From assembly GCA_041498955.1 (NCBI GenBank), contig JBGQJJ010000001.1:1-28418 (forward strand): a stretch of 28,418 nucleotides of DNA, written 5' to 3'. This DNA comes from Terriglobia bacterium (lineage in GTDB: Bacteria; Acidobacteriota; Terriglobia; Acidiferrales; UBA7541). The notes under the pieces are model-generated. The model was not told the DNA's origin and did no database searches. It saw nothing but the letters and a program-made list of their open reading frames with translations. Both the position numbers and the translations under genes were made by a program. Each line of letters begins with the position of its first letter. The first letter of the stretch is position 1. This document shows positions 27,673 to 28,418 of the stretch, in pieces.

Positions 27673-28418
27673 GTGAGCCTCCGATTCAAAGCTCATTGCG
27701 CGCTGCTGCTCTGCTCCTTTTTATGGGGTGTGACGTTCGTCGTGGTGAAGAACGCCCTCGCCGATATTTCCGTCTTCGGCTACTTGGCGGCGCGCTTCGT
27801 GTTGGGCGCCCTGCCGATGATCTGGATTTACCGGGAAGATCTCCGGAAACTCACGCGCGACGAATTGTGGGCGGGCATTCAGGTGGGGCTTTTCATGTTC
27901 GGCGGCTACGCGTTTCAAACCGCGGGGATTGCCCGCACGACTCCGTCGAAAGCCGCCTTCATCACGGGATTGAGCGTCGTGCTCGTCCCCGTTTTCCTGG
28001 CCGCGTTTTGGCGAAAGAAAATTGGCGCCTGGGCCTGGGGAGGTGCGGCGGCCTCCTTCACGGGACTTTATTTCCTCACGGTGCCAAGGGAAGGCCTTGC
28101 CGATCTCAATCGCGGCGATTTGCTGGTGATGGGCTGCGCGGTGCTCTACGCGCTGCAAATCATCTTCATTGCGCGCTACACCGGAAAATATTCGCTGGGA
28201 GCGTTGAGTTGCCTGCAGGTGATCCTTGCGGGAGTGGGTTCCACGATCGCCGTGCCCATCTTAAATGCGACGCGCTGGGAACATTTCTTTGTTCGCTTCA
28301 CATTTCAGATGGAGTTCGGCGTGATTGTTACGGCGCTTTTCACGACCGCGCTGGCCTATCCGCTTCTTGTCTGGGCACAAAGGCATACGACCGCGACGAA
28401 CACCGCGCTGATTCTTAC
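27673..28418 (+). CDS. EamA/DMT-family transporter (3' end outside the window)
   Basis: Hand translation from GTG 27673: MSLRFKAHCALLLCSFLWGVTFVVVKNAL...AARF...GYAFQTAGIARTTPSKAAFITGLSVVLVP...GDLLVMGCAVLYALQII; open to the window end; absent from the ORF track because there is no stop. Confidence 0.9.
   Translation, partial: MSLRFKAHCALLLCSFLWGVTFVVVKNALADISVFGYLAARFVLGALPMIWIYREDLRKLTRDELWAGIQVGLFMFGGYAFQTAGIARTTPSKAAFITGLSVVLVPVFLAAFWRKKIGAWAWGGAAASFTGLYFLTVPREGLADLNRGDLLVMGCAVLYALQIIFIARYTGKYSLGALSCLQVILAGVGSTIAVPILNATRWEHFFVRFTFQMEFGVIVTALFTTALAYPLLVWAQRHTTATNTALIL

Overview
High-GC bacterial chromosomal window; the gene styles and repeat types suggest Acidobacteriota (inference). Left to right: (i) minus-strand cluster of prepilin peptidase, PAS histidine kinase, secreted coiled-coil protein and sigma54 response regulator; (ii) alpha/beta hydrolase; (iii) minus-strand leucine/branched-chain acyl-CoA catabolic cluster (MCC-beta-like carboxyltransferase, HMG-CoA lyase, enoyl-CoA hydratase, thioesterase), interrupted by a four-helix-bundle gene bracketed by inverted heptamer-periodic arms; (iv) Tat-signal amidohydrolase and a four-domain M16 peptidase; (v) split B12 acyl-CoA mutase carrying isobutyryl-CoA-mutase-type residues; (vi) TolC-family protein, pyrE, truA, a small Cys/His protein and an M20 peptidase; (vii) two tandem secreted HExxH-TPR paralogs, one intact and one with a degenerate active site; (viii) partial EamA transporter. 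Intergenic DNA holds many miniature elements: eight REP doublets and one single REP from several sequence classes, and a decamer-arm hairpin element. No rRNA, tRNA, CRISPR array, transposase or reverse transcriptase was seen. The most intriguing item is the 8.3-8.8 kb cassette, which looks like a self-contained insertion; removing it regenerates a clean stop/RBS/start junction.
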